From assembly GCA_040386935.1 (NCBI GenBank), contig JAZKEQ010000001.1, forward strand, positions 62,232 through 126,231: DNA of 64,000 bases. Direction: 5' to 3'. The notes beneath the pieces were generated by a model. The model worked only from the letters and a program-made list of their open reading frames with translations, did no database searches and was not told the DNA's origin. The DNA is from Bacteroidota bacterium (lineage in GTDB: Bacteria > Bacteroidota > Bacteroidia > NS11-12g > UBA955). Of the stretch, positions 63,743 through 64,000 are shown one piece after another. A program made the position numbers and the translations under genes. Every line of letters begins with the position of its first letter. Position 1 is the first letter of the stretch.

Positions 63743-64000
63743 TTATGGTAAATTTTTGAAGTCACCGTTCAAACTACCACTCACACTGTCCGACTTTGCC
63801 CCCGTGTAAGTTTTTTTGATATTGGTATTATTTTCAACCCTCAAAACACCCATCAAAGCAAAAATCAGGGCTTCTTTGTATTTCACCAATTGCGGATCAG
63901 GAATTTGAAAATCTGCATCGCTGTGGGTTCTGATGTAATCCATCAATGTAGCGTTAAAAGCCCCTCCGCCTGTTACCAGTACTTTTTTTCCGGTTGTCTG
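63743..64000 (-). CDS. anmK: Anhydro-N-acetylmuramic acid kinase, C-terminal part (5' end beyond window)
   Basis: The frame stays open to 64000: QTTGKKVLVTGGGAFNATLMDYIR...EALIFALMGVLRVENNTNIKKTYTGAK matches the AnmK C-terminal GGG..N..L block. The track's 'M' at 63946 is an internal TTG. Confidence 0.75.
   Translation of the reverse strand, partial: QTTGKKVLVTGGGAFNATLMDYIRTHSDADFQIPDPQLVKYKEALIFALMGVLRVENNTNIKKTYTGAKSDSVSGSLNGDFKNLP

Overview
This is a 64-kb chromosomal window from a Bacteroidota genome. Supporting evidence: a gldA/gldF/gldG gliding-motility ABC cluster, several T9SS C-terminal sorting domains, TAnnTTTG -7 promoter boxes, and an AT-rich background with GC-richer islands. 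I call about 60 protein genes and 4 tRNAs: Arg-TCT, Pro-TGG, Ser-GCT and Val-TAC. Housekeeping blocks: tandem-AAA+/GT2/rsmG, acpP-fabF-rnc, gldAFG, and ruvA/ilvE/rdgB/queA/anmK. Accessory content: (1) an outer-membrane barrel gene plus a >1363-aa secreted HExxH protein that is absent from the ORF track because it runs off the left edge; (2) an XRE-HTH/Panacea-like antitoxin with a RelE/ParE-like toxin; (3) an MBOAT operon; (4) a GNAT gene followed by three tandem paralogous membrane-protein genes; (5) an ECF sigma / anti-sigma-like gene pair followed by two paralogous T9SS cargo genes. I found no cas genes, CRISPR array, integrase, transposase or recognisable defence system. The features not explained by gene calls are: (a) ten phased 21-bp direct repeats (42-bp super-period) in an 872-bp gene-free region that also holds exact AT-rich repeats; (b) two about 185-nt near-identical inverted repeats bracketing 11 kb; (c) a 16-bp TTGACTGWWTAGTCRG motif present five times around a TetR gene; (d) two paralogous 62-codon basic ORFs, each heading a GC-richer gene module, one followed by a GC-rich structured spacer; (e) a GIY-YIG ORF wedged between tRNA-Val and a tRNA-like remnant; (f) a family of ATCCGCC..GGCGGAT hairpins trailing the tRNA genes. 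All functional calls rest on motif recognition from memory, with no database search.
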